DNA of 64,000 nucleotides from contig OZ024744.1 of NCBI GenBank assembly GCA_964016885.1, positions 2,914,001 to 2,978,000 on the forward strand. The letters are read 5' to 3'. Numbering within the stretch: the first letter of the stretch is position 1; every line of letters begins with the position of its first letter. Under the pieces are notes generated by a model. That model was given only the letters and a program-made list of their open reading frames with translations, did not search any database and was not told where the DNA came from. Below are positions 1 through 12,660 of this stretch, piece after piece. The DNA is from Eledone cirrhosa. Taxonomy: Eukaryota. The position numbers and the translations under genes were made by a program.

Positions 1-2522
1 AAGTTTTGGGGGAAGACAATGTAGAGAAAGATAGCTTGGTGAAGAACGAAGTTTTGGGGGAAGACAAGGTAGAGAAAGATAGCTTGGTGAATAACGAAAT
101 TTTGGGAGAAGACAAGGTCGAGAAAGATAGCTTGGTGAAGAACGAAATTTTGAGGGAAGACAAGGTAGAGAAAGATAGCTTGGTGAAGAACGACGTTTTG
201 GTGGAAGACAAGGTAGAGAAAGATAGCTTGGTGAAGAACGATGTTTTGGGGAAGACAATGTAGAGAAAGATAGCTTGGTGAAGAACGAAGTTTTGGGGGA
301 AGACAAGGTAGAGAAAGATAGCTTGGTGAAGAACGAAGTTTTGGGAGAAGACAAGGAAGAGAAAGATAGCTTGGTGAAGAACGAAGTTTTGAGGGAAGAC
401 AAGGTAGAGAAAGATAGCTTGGTGAAGAACGACGTTTTGAGGGAAGACAAGGTCGAGAAAGATAGCTTGGTGAAGAACGAAATTTTGAGGGAAGACAAGG
501 TAGAGAAAGATAGCTTGGTGAAGAACGATGTTTTGGGGAAGACAATGTAGAGAAAGATAGCTTGGTGAAGAACGAAGTTTTGGGGGAAGACAAGGTAGAG
601 AAAGATAGCTTGGTGAAGAACGAAGTTTTGGGAGAAGACAAGGTAGAGAAAGATAGCTTGGTGAAGAACGAAGTTTTGAGGGAAGACAAGGTAGAGAAAG
701 ATAGCTTGGTGAAGAACGACGTTTTGAGGGAAGACAAGGTCGAGAAAGATAGCTTGGTGAAGAACGAAATTTTGAGGGAAGACAAGGTAGAGAAAGATAG
801 CTTGGTGAAGAACGACGTTTTGGTGGAAGACAAGGTAGAGAAAGATAGCTTGGTGAAGAACGATGTTTTGGGGAAGACAATGTAGAGAAAGATAGCTTGG
901 TGAAGAACGAAGTTTTGGTGGAAGACAAGGTAGAGAAAGATAGCTTGGTGAATAACGAAGTTTTGGGAGAAGACAAGGTAGAGAAAGATAGTTGGTGAAG
1001 AACGAAGTTTTGAGGGAAGACAAGGTAGAGAAAGATAGCTTGGTGAAGAACGACGTTTTGAGGGAAGACAAGGTAGAGAAAGATAGCTTGGTGAAGAACG
1101 AGTTTTGTGGGAAGACAAGGTAGAGAAAGATAGCTTGGTGAAGAACGAAGTTTTGGGGGAAGACAAGGTAGAGAAAGATAGCTTGGTGAAGAACGACGTT
1201 TTGAGGGAAGACAAGGTAGAGAAAGATAGCTTGGTGAAGAACGACGTTTTGTGGGAAGACAAGGTAGAGAAAGATAGCTTGGTGAAGAACGAAGTTTTGG
1301 GGGAAGACAAGGTAGAGAAAGATAGCTTGGTGAAGAACGAAGTTTTTGGGAAGACAATGTAGAGAAAGATAGCTTGGTGAAGAACGAAGTTTTGGGGGAA
1401 GACAAGGTAGAGAAAGATAGCTTGGTGAAGAACGAAGTTTTGGGAGAAAACAAGGTAGAGAAATATAGCTTGGTGAAGAACGAAGTTTTGAGGGAAGACA
1501 AGGTAGAGAAAGATAGCTTGGTGAAGAACGACCTTTTGAGGGAAGACAAGGTAGAGAAAGATAGCTTGGTGAAGAACGACGTTTTGTGGGAAGACAAGGT
1601 AGAGAAAGATAGCTTGGTGAAGAACGAAGTTTTGGGGGAAGACAAGGTAGAGAAAGATAGCTTGGTGAAGAACGAAGTTTTGGGGGAAGACAAGGTAGAG
1701 AAAGATAGCTTGGTGAAGAACGAAGTTTTGTGGGAAGACAAGGTAGAGAAAGATAGCTTGGTGAAGAACAAAGTTTTGGGGGAAGACAATGTAGAGAAAG
1801 ATAGCTTGGTGAAGAACGAAGTTTTGGGGGAAGACAAGGTAGAGAAAGATAGCTTGGTGAATAACGAAATTTTGGGAGAAGACAAGGTCGAGAAAGATAG
1901 CTTGGTGAAGAACGAAATTTTGAGGGAAGACAAGGTAGAGAAAGATAGCTTGGTGAAGAACGAAATTTTGAGGGAAGACAAGGTAGAGAAAGATAGCTTG
2001 GTGAAGAACGACGTTTTGGTGGAAGACAAGGTAGAGAAAGATAGCTTGGTGAAGAACGATGTTTTGGGGAAGACAATGTAGAGAAAGATAGCTTGGTGAA
2101 GAACGAAGTTTTGGGGGAAGACAAGGTAGAGAAAGATAGCTTGGTGAAGAACGAAGTTTTGAGGGAAGACAAGGTAGAGAAAGATAGCTTGGTGAATAAC
2201 GAAGTTTTGGGAGAAGACAAGGTAGAGAAAGATAGTTGGTGAAGAACGAAGTTTTGAGGGAAGACAAGGTAGAGAAAGATAGCTTGGTGAAGAACGACGT
2301 TTTGAGGGAAGACAAGGTAGAGAAAGATAGCTTGGTGAAGAACGACGTTTTGTGGGAAGACAAGGTAGAGAAAGATAGCTTGGTGAAGAACGAAGTTTTG
2401 GGGGAAGACAAGGTAGAGAAAGATAGCTTGGTGAAGAACGAAGTTTTGGGGAAGACAATGTAGAGAAAGATAGCTTGGTGAAGAACGAAGTTTTGGGGGA
2501 AGACAAGGTAGAGAAAGATAGC

Positions 2523-5500
2523 TTGGTGAAGAACGAAGTTTTGAGGGAAGACAAGGTAGAGAAAGATAGCTTGGTGAATAACGAAGTTTTGGGAGAAGAC
2601 AAGGTAGAGAAAGATAGCTTGGTGAAGAACGACGTTTTGAGGGAAGACAAGGTAGAGAAAGATAGCTTGGTGAAGAACGAAGTTTTGGGGGAAGACAAGG
2701 TAGAGAAAGATAGCTTGGTGGAGAACGAAGTTTTGGGGGAAGACAAGGTAGAGAAAGATAGCTTGGTGAAGAACGAAGTTTTGGGGGAAGACAAGGTAGA
2801 GAAAGATAGCTTGGTGAAGAACGAAGTTTTGGGGAAGACAATGTAGAGAAAGATAGCTTGGTGAAGAACGAAGTTTTGGGGGAAGACAAGGTAGAGAAAG
2901 ATAGCTTGATGAATAACGAAGTTTTGGGAGAAGACAAGGTCGAGAAAGATAGCTTGGTGAAGAACGAAGTTTTGGGGGAAGACAAGGTAGAGAAAGATAG
3001 CTTGGTGAAGAACGAAGTTTTGAGGGAAGACAAGGTAGAGAAAGATAGCTTGGTGAATAACGAAGTTTTGGGAGAAGACAAGGTAGAGAAAGATAGCTTG
3101 GTGAAGAACGACGTTTTGAGGGAAGACAAGGTAGAGAAAGATAGCTTGGTGAAGAACGAAGTTTTGTGGGAAGACAAGGTAGAGAAAGATAGCTTGGTGA
3201 AGAACGAAGTTTTGGGGAAGACAATGTAGAGAAAGATAGCTTGGTGAAGAACGAAGTTTTGGGGGAAGACAAGGTAGAGAAAGATAGCTTGGTGAATAAC
3301 GAAGTTTTGGGAGAAGACAAGGTCGAGAAAGATAGCTTGGTGAAGAACGAAATTTTGAGGGAAGACAAGGTAGAGAAAGATAGCTTGGTGAAGAACGACG
3401 TTTTGGTGGAAGACAAGGTAGAGAAAGATAGCTTGGTGAAGAACGATGTTTTGGGGAAGACAATGTAGAGAAAGATAGCTTGGTGAAGAACGAAGTTTTG
3501 GGGGAAGACAAGGTAGAGAAAGATAGCTTGGTGAAGAACGAAGTTTTGAGGGAAGACAAGGTAGAGAAAGATAGCTTGGTGAATAACGAAGTTTTGGGAG
3601 AAGACAAGGTAGAGAAAGATAGTTGGTGAAGAACGAAGTTTTGAGGGAAGACAAGGTAGAGAAAGATAGCTTGGTGAAGAACGACGTTTTGAGGGAAGAC
3701 AAGGTAGAGAAAGATAGCTTGGTGAAGAACGACGTTTTGTGGGAAGACAAGGTAGAGAAAGATAGCTTGGTGAAGAACGAAGTTTTGGGGGAAGACAAGG
3801 TAGAGAAAGATAGCTTGGTGAAGAACGAAGTTTTGGGGAAGACAATGTAGAGAAAGATAGCTTGGTGAAGAACGAAGTTTTGGGGGAAGACAAGGTAGAG
3901 AAAGATAGCTTGGTGAAGAACGAAGTTTTGGGAGAAAACAAGGTAGAGAAATATAGCTTGGTGAAGAACGAAGTTTTGAGGGAAGACAAGGTAGAGAAAG
4001 ATAGCTTGGTGAAGAACGACCTTTTGAGGGAAGACAAGGTAGAGAAAGATAGCTTGGTGAAGAACGACGTTTTGTGGGAAGACAAGGTAGAGAAAGATAG
4101 CTTGGTGAAGAACGAAGTTTTGGGGGAAGACAAGGTAGAGAAAGATAGCTTGGTGAAGAACGAAGTTTTGGGGGAAGACAAGGTAGAGAAAGATAGCTTG
4201 GTGAAGAACGAAGTTTTGTGGGAAGACAAGGTAGAGAAAGATAGCTTGGTGAAGAACAAAGTTTTGGGGGAAGACAATGTAGAGAAAGATAGCTTGGTGA
4301 AGAACGAAGTTTTGGGGGAAGACAAGGTAGAGAAAGATAGCTTGGTGAATAACGAAATTTTGGGAGAAGACAAGGTCGAGAAAGATAGCTTGGTGAAGAA
4401 CGAAATTTTGAGGGAAGACAAGGTAGAGAAAGATAGCTTGGTGAAGAACGACGTTTTGGTGGAAGACAAGGTAGAGAAAGATAGCTTGGTGAAGAACGAT
4501 GTTTTGGGGAAGACAATGTAGAGAAAGATAGCTTGGTGAAGAACGAAGTTTTGGGGGAAGACAAGGTAGAGAAAGATAGCTTGGTGAAGAACGAAGTTTT
4601 GGGAGAAGACAAGGTAGAGAAAGATAGCTTGGTGAAAAACGAAGTTTTGAGGGAAGACAAGGTAGAGAAAGATAGCTTGGTGAAGAACGACGTTTTGAGG
4701 GAAGACAAGGTCGAGAAAGATAGCTTGGTGAAGAACGAAATTTTGAGGGAAGACAAGGTAGAGAAAGATAGCTTGGTGAAGAACGATGTTTTGGGGAAGA
4801 CAATGTAGAGAAAGATAGCTTGGTGAAGAACGAAGTTTTGGGGGAAGACAAGGTAGAGAAAGATAGCTTGGTGAAGAACGAAGTTTTGGGAGAAGACAAG
4901 GTAGAGAAAGATAGCTTGGTGAAGAACGAAGTTTTGAGGGAAGACAAGGTAGAGAAAGATAGCTTGGTGAAGAACGACGTTTTGAGGGAAGACAAGGTCG
5001 AGAAAGATAGCTTGGTGAAGAACGAAATTTTGAGGGAAGACAAGGTAGAGAAAGATAGCTTGGTGAAGAACGACGTTTTGGTGGAAGACAAGGTAGAGAA
5101 AGATAGCTTGGTGAAGAACGAAGTTTTGGGAGAAGACAAGGTAGAGAAAGATAGCTTGGTGAAGAACGAAGTTTTGAGGGAAGACAAGGTAGAGAAAGAT
5201 AGCTTGGTGAAGAACGACGTTTTGAGGGAAGACAAGGTCGAAAAAGATAGCTTGGTGAAGAACGAAATTTTGAGGGAAGACAAGGTAGAGAAAGATAGCT
5301 TGGTGAAGAACGATGTTTTGGGGAAGACAATGTAGAGAAAGATAGCTTGGTGAAGAACGAAGTTTTGGGGGAAGACAAGGTAGAGAAAGATAGCTTGGTG
5401 AAGAACGAAGTTTTGGGAGAAGACAAGGTAGAGAAAGATAGCTTGGTGAAGAACGAAGTTTTGAGGGAAGACAAGGTAGAGAAAGATAGCTTGGTGAAGA

Positions 5501-8500
5501 ACGACGTTTTGAGGGAAGACAAGGTCGAGAAAGATAGCTTGGTGAAGAACGAAATTTTGAGGGAAGAAAAGGTAGAGAAAGATAGCTTGGTGAAGAACGA
5601 CGTTTTGGTGGAAGACAAGGTAGAGAAAGATAGCTTGGTGAAGAACGATGTTTTGGGGAAGACAATGTAGAGAAAGATAGCTTGGTGAAGAACGAAGTTT
5701 TGGTGGAAGACAAGGTAGAGAAAGATAGCTTGGTGAATAACGAAGTTTTGGGAGAAGACAAGGTAGAGAAAGATAGTTGGTGAAGAACGAAGTTTTGAGG
5801 GAAGACAAGGTAGAGAAAGATAGCTTGGTGAAGAACGAAGTTTTGGGGGAAGACAAGGTAGAGAAAGATAGCTTGGTGAAGAACGAAGTTTTGGGGAAGA
5901 CAATGTAGAGAAAGATAGCTTGGTGAAGAACGAAGTTTTGGGGGAAGACAAGGTAGAGAAAGATAGCTTGGTGAAGAACGACGTTTTGAGGGAAGACAAG
6001 GTAGAGAAAGATAGCTTGGTGAAGAACGACGTTTTGTGGGAAGACAAGGTAGAGAAAGATAGCTTGGTGAAGAACGAAGTTTTGGGGGAAGACAAGGTAG
6101 AGAAAGATAGCTTGGTGAAGAACGAAGTTTTGGGGGAAGACAAGGTAGAGAAAGATAGCTTGGTGAAGAACGAAGTTTTGTGGGAAGACAAGGTAGAGAA
6201 AGATAGCTTGGTGAAGAACGAAGTTTTGGGGAAGACAATGTAGAGAAAGATAGCTTGGTGAAGAACGAAGTTTTGGGGGAAGACAAGGTAGAGAAAGATA
6301 GCTTGGTGAATAACGAAATTTTGGGAGAAGACAAGGTCGAGAAAGATAGCTTGGTGAAGAACGAAATTTTGAGGGAAGACAAGGTAGAGAAAGATAGCTT
6401 GGTGAAGAACGACGTTTTGGTGGAAGACAAGGTAGAGAAAGATAGCTTGGTGAAGAACGATGTTTTGGGGAAGACAATGTAGAGAAAGATAGCTTGGTGA
6501 AGAACGAAGTTTTGGGGGAAGACAAGGTAGAGAAAGATAGCTTGGTGAAGAACGACGTTTTGAGGGAAGACAAGGTAGAGAAAGATAGCTTGGTGAAGAA
6601 CGACGTTTTGTGGGAAGACAAGGTAGAGAAAGATAGCTTGGTGAAGAACGAAGTTTTGGGGGAAGACAAGGTAGAGAAAGATAGCTTGGTGAAGAACGGA
6701 GTTTTGGGGGAAGACAAGGTAGAGAAAGATAGCTTGGTGAAGAACGAAGTTTTGGGGGAAGACAAGGTAGAGAAAGATAGCTTGGTGAAGAACGAAGTTT
6801 TGTGGAAGACAATGTAGAGAAAGATAGCTTGGTGAAGAACGAAGTTTTGGGGAAGACAATGTAGAGAAAGATAGCTTGGTGAAGAACGAAGTTTTGGGGG
6901 AAGACAAGGTAGAGAAAGATAGCTTGGTGAAGAACGAAGTTTTGGGAGAAGACAAGGTAGAGAAAGATAGCTTGGTGAAGAACGAAGTTTTGGGGGAAGA
7001 CAAGGTAGAGAAAGATAGCTTGGTGAAGAACGACGTTTTGAGGGAAGACAAGGTCGAGAAAGATAGCTTGGTGAAGAACGAAATTTTGAGGGAAGACAAG
7101 GTAGAGAAAGATAGCTTGGTGAAGAACGATGTTTTGGGGAAGACAATGTAGAGAAAGATAGCTTGGTGAAGAACGAAGTTTTGGGGGAAGACAAGGTAGA
7201 GAAAGATAGCTTGGTGAAGAACGAAGTTTTGGGAGAAGACAAGGTAGAGAAAGATAGCTTGGTGAAGAACGAAGTTTTGAGGGAAGACAAGGTAGAGAAA
7301 GATAGCTTGGTGAAGAACGACGTTTTGAGGGAAGACAAGGTCGAGAAAGATAGCTTGGTGAAGAACGAAATTTTGAGGGAAGACAAGGTAGAGAAAGATA
7401 GCTTGGTGAAGAACGACGTTTTGGTGGAAGACAAGGTAGAGAAAGATAGCTTGGTGAAGAACGATGTTTTGGGGAAGACAATGTAGAGAAAGATAGCTTG
7501 GTGAAGAACGAAGTTTTGGTGGAAGACAAGGTAGAGAAAGATAGCTTGGTGAATAACGAAGTTTTGGGAGAAGACAAGGTAGAGAAAGATAGCTTGGTGA
7601 AGAACGAAGTTTTGAGGGAAGACAAGGTAGAGAAAGATAGCTTGGTGAATAACGAAGTTTTGGGAGAAGACAAGGTAGAGAAAGATAGCTTGGTGAAGAA
7701 CGACGTTTTGAGGGAAGACAAGGTAGAGAAAGATAGCTTGGTGAAGAACGAAGTTTTGGGGGAAGACAAGGTAGAGAAAGATAGCTTGGTGGAGAACGAA
7801 GTTTTGGGGGAAGACAAGGTAGAGAAAGATAGCTTGGTGAAGAACGAAGTTTTGGGGGAAGACAAGGTAGAGAAAGATAGCTTGGTGAAGAACGAAGTTT
7901 TGGGGAAGACAATGTAGAGAAAGATAGCTTGGTGAAGAACGAAGTTTTGGGGGAAGACAAGGTAGAGAAAGATAGCTTGATGAATAACGAAGTTTTGGGA
8001 GAAGACAAGGTCGAGAAAGATAGCTTGGTGAAGAACGAAGTTTTGGGGGAAGACAAGGTAGAGAAAGATAGCTTGGTGAAGAACGAAGTTTTGAGGGAAG
8101 ACAAGGTAGAGAAAGATAGCTTGGTGAATAACGAAGTTTTGGGAGAAGACAAGGTAGAGAAAGATAGCTTGGTGAAGAACGACGTTTTGAGGGAAGACAA
8201 GGTAGAGAAAGATAGCTTGGTGAAGAACGAAGTTTTGTGGGAAGACAAGGTAGAGAAAGATAGCTTGGTGAAGAACCAAGTTTTGGGGAAGACAATGTAG
8301 AGAAAGATAGCTTGGTGAAGAACGAAGTTTTGGGGGAAGACAAGGTAGAGAAAGATAGCTTGGTGAATAACGAAGTTTTGGGAGAAGACAAGGTCGAGAA
8401 AGATAGCTTGGTGAAGAACGAAATTTTGAGGGAAGACAAGGTAGAGAAAGATAGCTTGGTGAAGAACGACGTTTTGGTGGAAGACAAGGTAGAGAAAGAT

Positions 8501-11500
8501 AGCTTGGTGAAGAACGATGTTTTGGGGAAGACAATGTAGAGAAAGATAGCTTGGTGAAGAACGAAGTTTTGGGGGAAGACAAGGTAGAGAAAGATAGCTT
8601 GGTGAAGAACGAAGTTTTGAGGGAAGACAAGGTAGAGAAAGATAGCTTGGTGAATAACGAAGTTTTGGGAGAAGACAAGGTAGAGAAAGATAGTTGGTGA
8701 AGAACGAAGTTTTGAGGGAAGACAAGGTAGAGAAAGATAGCTTGGTGAAGAACGACGTTTTGAGGGAAGACAAGGTAGAGAAAGATAGCTTGGTGAAGAA
8801 CGACGTTTTGTGGGAAGACAAGGTAGAGAAAGATAGCTTGGTGAAGAACGAAGTTTTGGGGGAAGACAAGGTAGAGAAAGATAGCTTGGTGAAGAACGAA
8901 GTTTTGGGGAAGACAATGTAGAGAAAGATAGCTTGGTGAAGAACGAAGTTTTGGGGGAAGACAAGGTAGAGAAAGATAGCTTGGTGAAGAACGAAGTTTT
9001 GGGAGAAAACAAGGTAGAGAAATATAGCTTGGTGAAGAACGAAGTTTTGAGGGAAGACAAGGTAGAGAAAGATAGCTTGGTGAAGAACGACCTTTTGAGG
9101 GAAGACAAGGTAGAGAAAGATAGCTTGGTGAAGAACGACGTTTTGTGGGAAGACAAGGTAGAGAAAGATAGCTTGGTGAAGAACGAAGTTTTGGGGGAAG
9201 ACAAGGTAGAGAAAGATAGCTTGGTGAAGAACGAAGTTTTGGGGGAAGACAAGGTAGAGAAAGATAGCTTGGTGAAGAACGAAGTTTTGTGGGAAGACAA
9301 GGTAGAGAAAGATAGCTTGGTGAAGAACAAAGTTTTGGGGGAAGACAATGTAGAGAAAGATAGCTTGGTGAAGAACGAAGTTTTGGGGGAAGACAAGGTA
9401 GAGAAAGATAGCTTGGTGAATAACGAAATTTTGGGAGAAGACAAGGTCGAGAAAGATAGCTTGGTGAAGAACGAAATTTTGAGGGAAGACAAGGTAGAGA
9501 AAGATAGCTTGGTGAAGAACGACGTTTTGGTGGAAGACAAGGTAGAGAAAGATAGCTTGGTGAAGAACGATGTTTTGGGGAAGACAATGTAGAGAAAGAT
9601 AGCTTGGTGAAGAACGAAGTTTTGGGGGAAGACAAGGTAGAGAAAGATAGCTTGGTGAAGAACGAAGTTTTGGGAGAAGACAAGGTAGAGAAAGATAGCT
9701 TGGTGAAAAACGAAGTTTTGAGGGAAGACAAGGTAGAGAAAGATAGCTTGGTGAAGAACGACGTTTTGAGGGAAGACAAGGTCGAGAAAGATAGCTTGGT
9801 GAAGAACGAAATTTTGAGGGAAGACAAGGTAGAGAAAGATAGCTTGGTGAAGAACGATGTTTTGGGGAAGACAATGTAGAGAAAGATAGCTTGGTGAAGA
9901 ACGAAGTTTTGGGGGAAGACAAGGTAGAGAAAGATAGCTTGGTGAAGAACGAAGTTTTGGGAGAAGACAAGGTAGAGAAAGATAGCTTGGTGAAGAACGA
10001 AGTTTTGAGGGAAGACAAGGTAGAGAAAGATAGCTTGGTGAAGAACGACGTTTTGAGGGAAGACAAGGTCGAGAAAGATAGCTTGGTGAAGAACGAAATT
10101 TTGAGGGAAGACAAGGTAGAGAAAGATAGCTTGGTGAAGAACGACGTTTTGGTGGAAGACAAGGTAGAGAAAGATAGCTTGGTGAAGAACGAAGTTTTGG
10201 GAGAAGACAAGGTAGAGAAAGATAGCTTGGTGAAGAACGAAGTTTTGAGGGAAGACAAGGTAGAGAAAGATAGCTTGGTGAAGAACGACGTTTTGAGGGA
10301 AGACAAGGTCGAAAAAGATAGCTTGGTGAAGAACGAAATTTTGAGGGAAGACAAGGTAGAGAAAGATAGCTTGGTGAAGAACGATGTTTTGGGGAAGACA
10401 ATGTAGAGAAAGATAGCTTGGTGAAGAACGAAGTTTTGGGGGAAGACAAGGTAGAGAAAGATAGCTTGGTGAAGAACGAAGTTTTGGGAGAAGACAAGGT
10501 AGAGAAAGATAGCTTGGTGAAGAACGAAGTTTTGAGGGAAGACAAGGTAGAGAAAGATAGCTTGGTGAAGAACGACGTTTTGAGGGAAGACAAGGTCGAG
10601 AAAGATAGCTTGGTGAAGAACGAAATTTTGAGGGAAGACAAGGTAGAGAAAGATAGCTTGGTGAAGAACGACGTTTTGGTGGAAGACAAGGTAGAGAAAG
10701 ATAGCTTGGTGAAGAACGATGTTTTGGGGAAGACAATGTAGAGAAAGATAGCTTGGTGAAGAACGAAGTTTTGGTGGAAGACAAGGTAGAGAAAGATAGC
10801 TTGGTGAATAACGAAGTTTTGGGAGAAGACAAGGTAGAGAAAGATAGTTGGTGAAGAACGAAGTTTTGAGGGAAGACAAGGTAGAGAAAGATAGCTTGGT
10901 GAAGAACGAAGTTTTGGGGGAAGACAAGGTAGAGAAAGATAGCTTGGTGAAGAACGAAGTTTTGGGGAAGACAATGTAGAGAAAGATAGCTTGGTGAAGA
11001 ACGAAGTTTTGGGGGAAGACAAGGTAGAGAAAGATAGCTTGGTGAAGAACGACGTTTTGAGGGAAGACAAGGTAGAGAAAGATAGCTTGGTGAAGAACGA
11101 CGTTTTGTGGGAAGACAAGGTAGAGAAAGATAGCTTGGTGAAGAACGAAGTTTTGGGGGAAGACAAGGTAGAGAAAGATAGCTTGGTGAAGAACGAAGTT
11201 TTGGGGGAAGACAAGGTAGAGAAAGATAGCTTGGTGAAGAACGAAGTTTTGTGGGAAGACAAGGTAGAGAAAGATAGCTTGGTGAAGAACGAAGTTTTGG
11301 GGAAGACAATGTAGAGAAAGATAGCTTGGTGAAGAACGAAGTTTTGGGGGAAGACAAGGTAGAGAAAGATAGCTTGGTGAATAACGAAATTTTGGGAGAA
11401 GACAAGGTCGAGAAAGATAGCTTGGTGAAGAACGAAATTTTGAGGGAAGACAAGGTAGAGAAAGATAGCTTGGTGAAGAACGACGTTTTGGTGGAAGACA

Positions 11501-12660
11501 AGGTAGAGAAAGATAGCTTGGTGAAGAACGATGTTTTGGGGAAGACAATGTAGAGAAAGATAGCTTGGTGAAGAACGAAGTTTTGGGGGAAGACAAGGTA
11601 GAGAAAGATAGCTTGGTGAAGAACGACGTTTTGAGGGAAGACAAGGTAGAGAAAGATAGCTTGGTGAAGAACGACGTTTTGTGGGAAGACAAGGTAGAGA
11701 AAGATAGCTTGGTGAAGAACGAAGTTTTGGGGGAAGACAAGGTAGAGAAAGATAGCTTGGTGAAGAACGGAGTTTTGGGGGAAGACAAGGTAGAGAAAGA
11801 TAGCTTGGTGAAGAACGAAGTTTTGGGGGAAGACAAGGTAGAGAAAGATAGCTTGGTGAAGAACGAAGTTTTGTGGAAGACAATGTAGAGAAAGATAGCT
11901 TGGTGAAGAACGAAGTTTTGGGGAAGACAATGTAGAGAAAGATAGCTTGGTGAAGAACGAAGTTTTGGGGGAAGACAAGGTAGAGAAAGATAGCTTGGTG
12001 AAGAACGAAGTTTTGGGAGAAGACAAGGTAGAGAAAGATAGCTTGGTGAAGAACGAAGTTTTGGGGGAAGACAAGGTAGAGAAAGATAGCTTGGTGAAGA
12101 ACGACGTTTTGAGGGAAGACAAGGTCGAGAAAGATAGCTTGGTGAAGAACGAAATTTTGAGGGAAGACAAGGTAGAGAAAGATAGCTTGGTGAAGAACGA
12201 TGTTTTGGGGAAGACAATGTAGAGAAAGATAGCTTGGTGAAGAACGAAGTTTTGGGGGAAGACAAGGTAGAGAAAGATAGCTTGGTGAAGAACGAAGTTT
12301 TGGGAGAAGACAAGGTAGAGAAAGATAGCTTGGTGAAGAACGAAGTTTTGAGGGAAGACAAGGTAGAGAAAGATAGCTTGGTGAAGAACGACGTTTTGAG
12401 GGAAGACAAGGTCGAGAAAGATAGCTTGGTGAAGAACGAAATTTTGAGGGAAGACAAGGTAGAGAAAGATAGCTTGGTGAAGAACGACGTTTTGGTGGAA
12501 GACAAGGTAGAGAAAGATAGCTTGGTGAAGAACGATGTTTTGGGGAAGACAATGTAGAGAAAGATAGCTTGGTGAAGAACGAAGTTTTGGTGGAAGACAA
12601 GGTAGAGAAAGATAGCTTGGTGAATAACGAAGTTTTGGGAGAAGACAAGGTAGAGAAAGA
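2523..12660 (+). repeat. Tandem higher-order duplication, offset 5,071 bp (~106 monomers), two near-identical copies (~2523-7593 and ~7594-12660)
   Basis: ORF starts pair at a constant offset of 5071 (2858/7929, 3862/8933, 4533/9604, 4820/9891, 5920/10991, 7163/12234). Rare variants pair too: TTGATGAAT ~2909/~7980, GTGGAGAAC ~2721/~7792, GTGAAAAAC ~4636/~9707. Confidence 0.9.

Noticed and set aside
244-263. Programmed -1 frameshift or G-insertion editing at TTTTGGGG to read through the 47-bp monomers
   Set aside because: It is not a canonical X XXY YYZ slippery site (Y should be A or U), no downstream structure is evident in purine-rich sequence, and the other deletion types and nonsense variants would still break the frame.
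259-272. 14-nt GT...AG segment (GTAGAGAAAGATAG) whose removal would restore frame in 47-bp monomers (47-14=33), i.e. a micro-intron
   Set aside because: The identical segment sits in every 48-bp monomer, where splicing would break the frame. There is no branch point or pyrimidine tract, and 14 nt is below the shortest spliceosomal introns I know of (15-16 nt in Stentor). Only RNA-seq junction reads could revive this idea.
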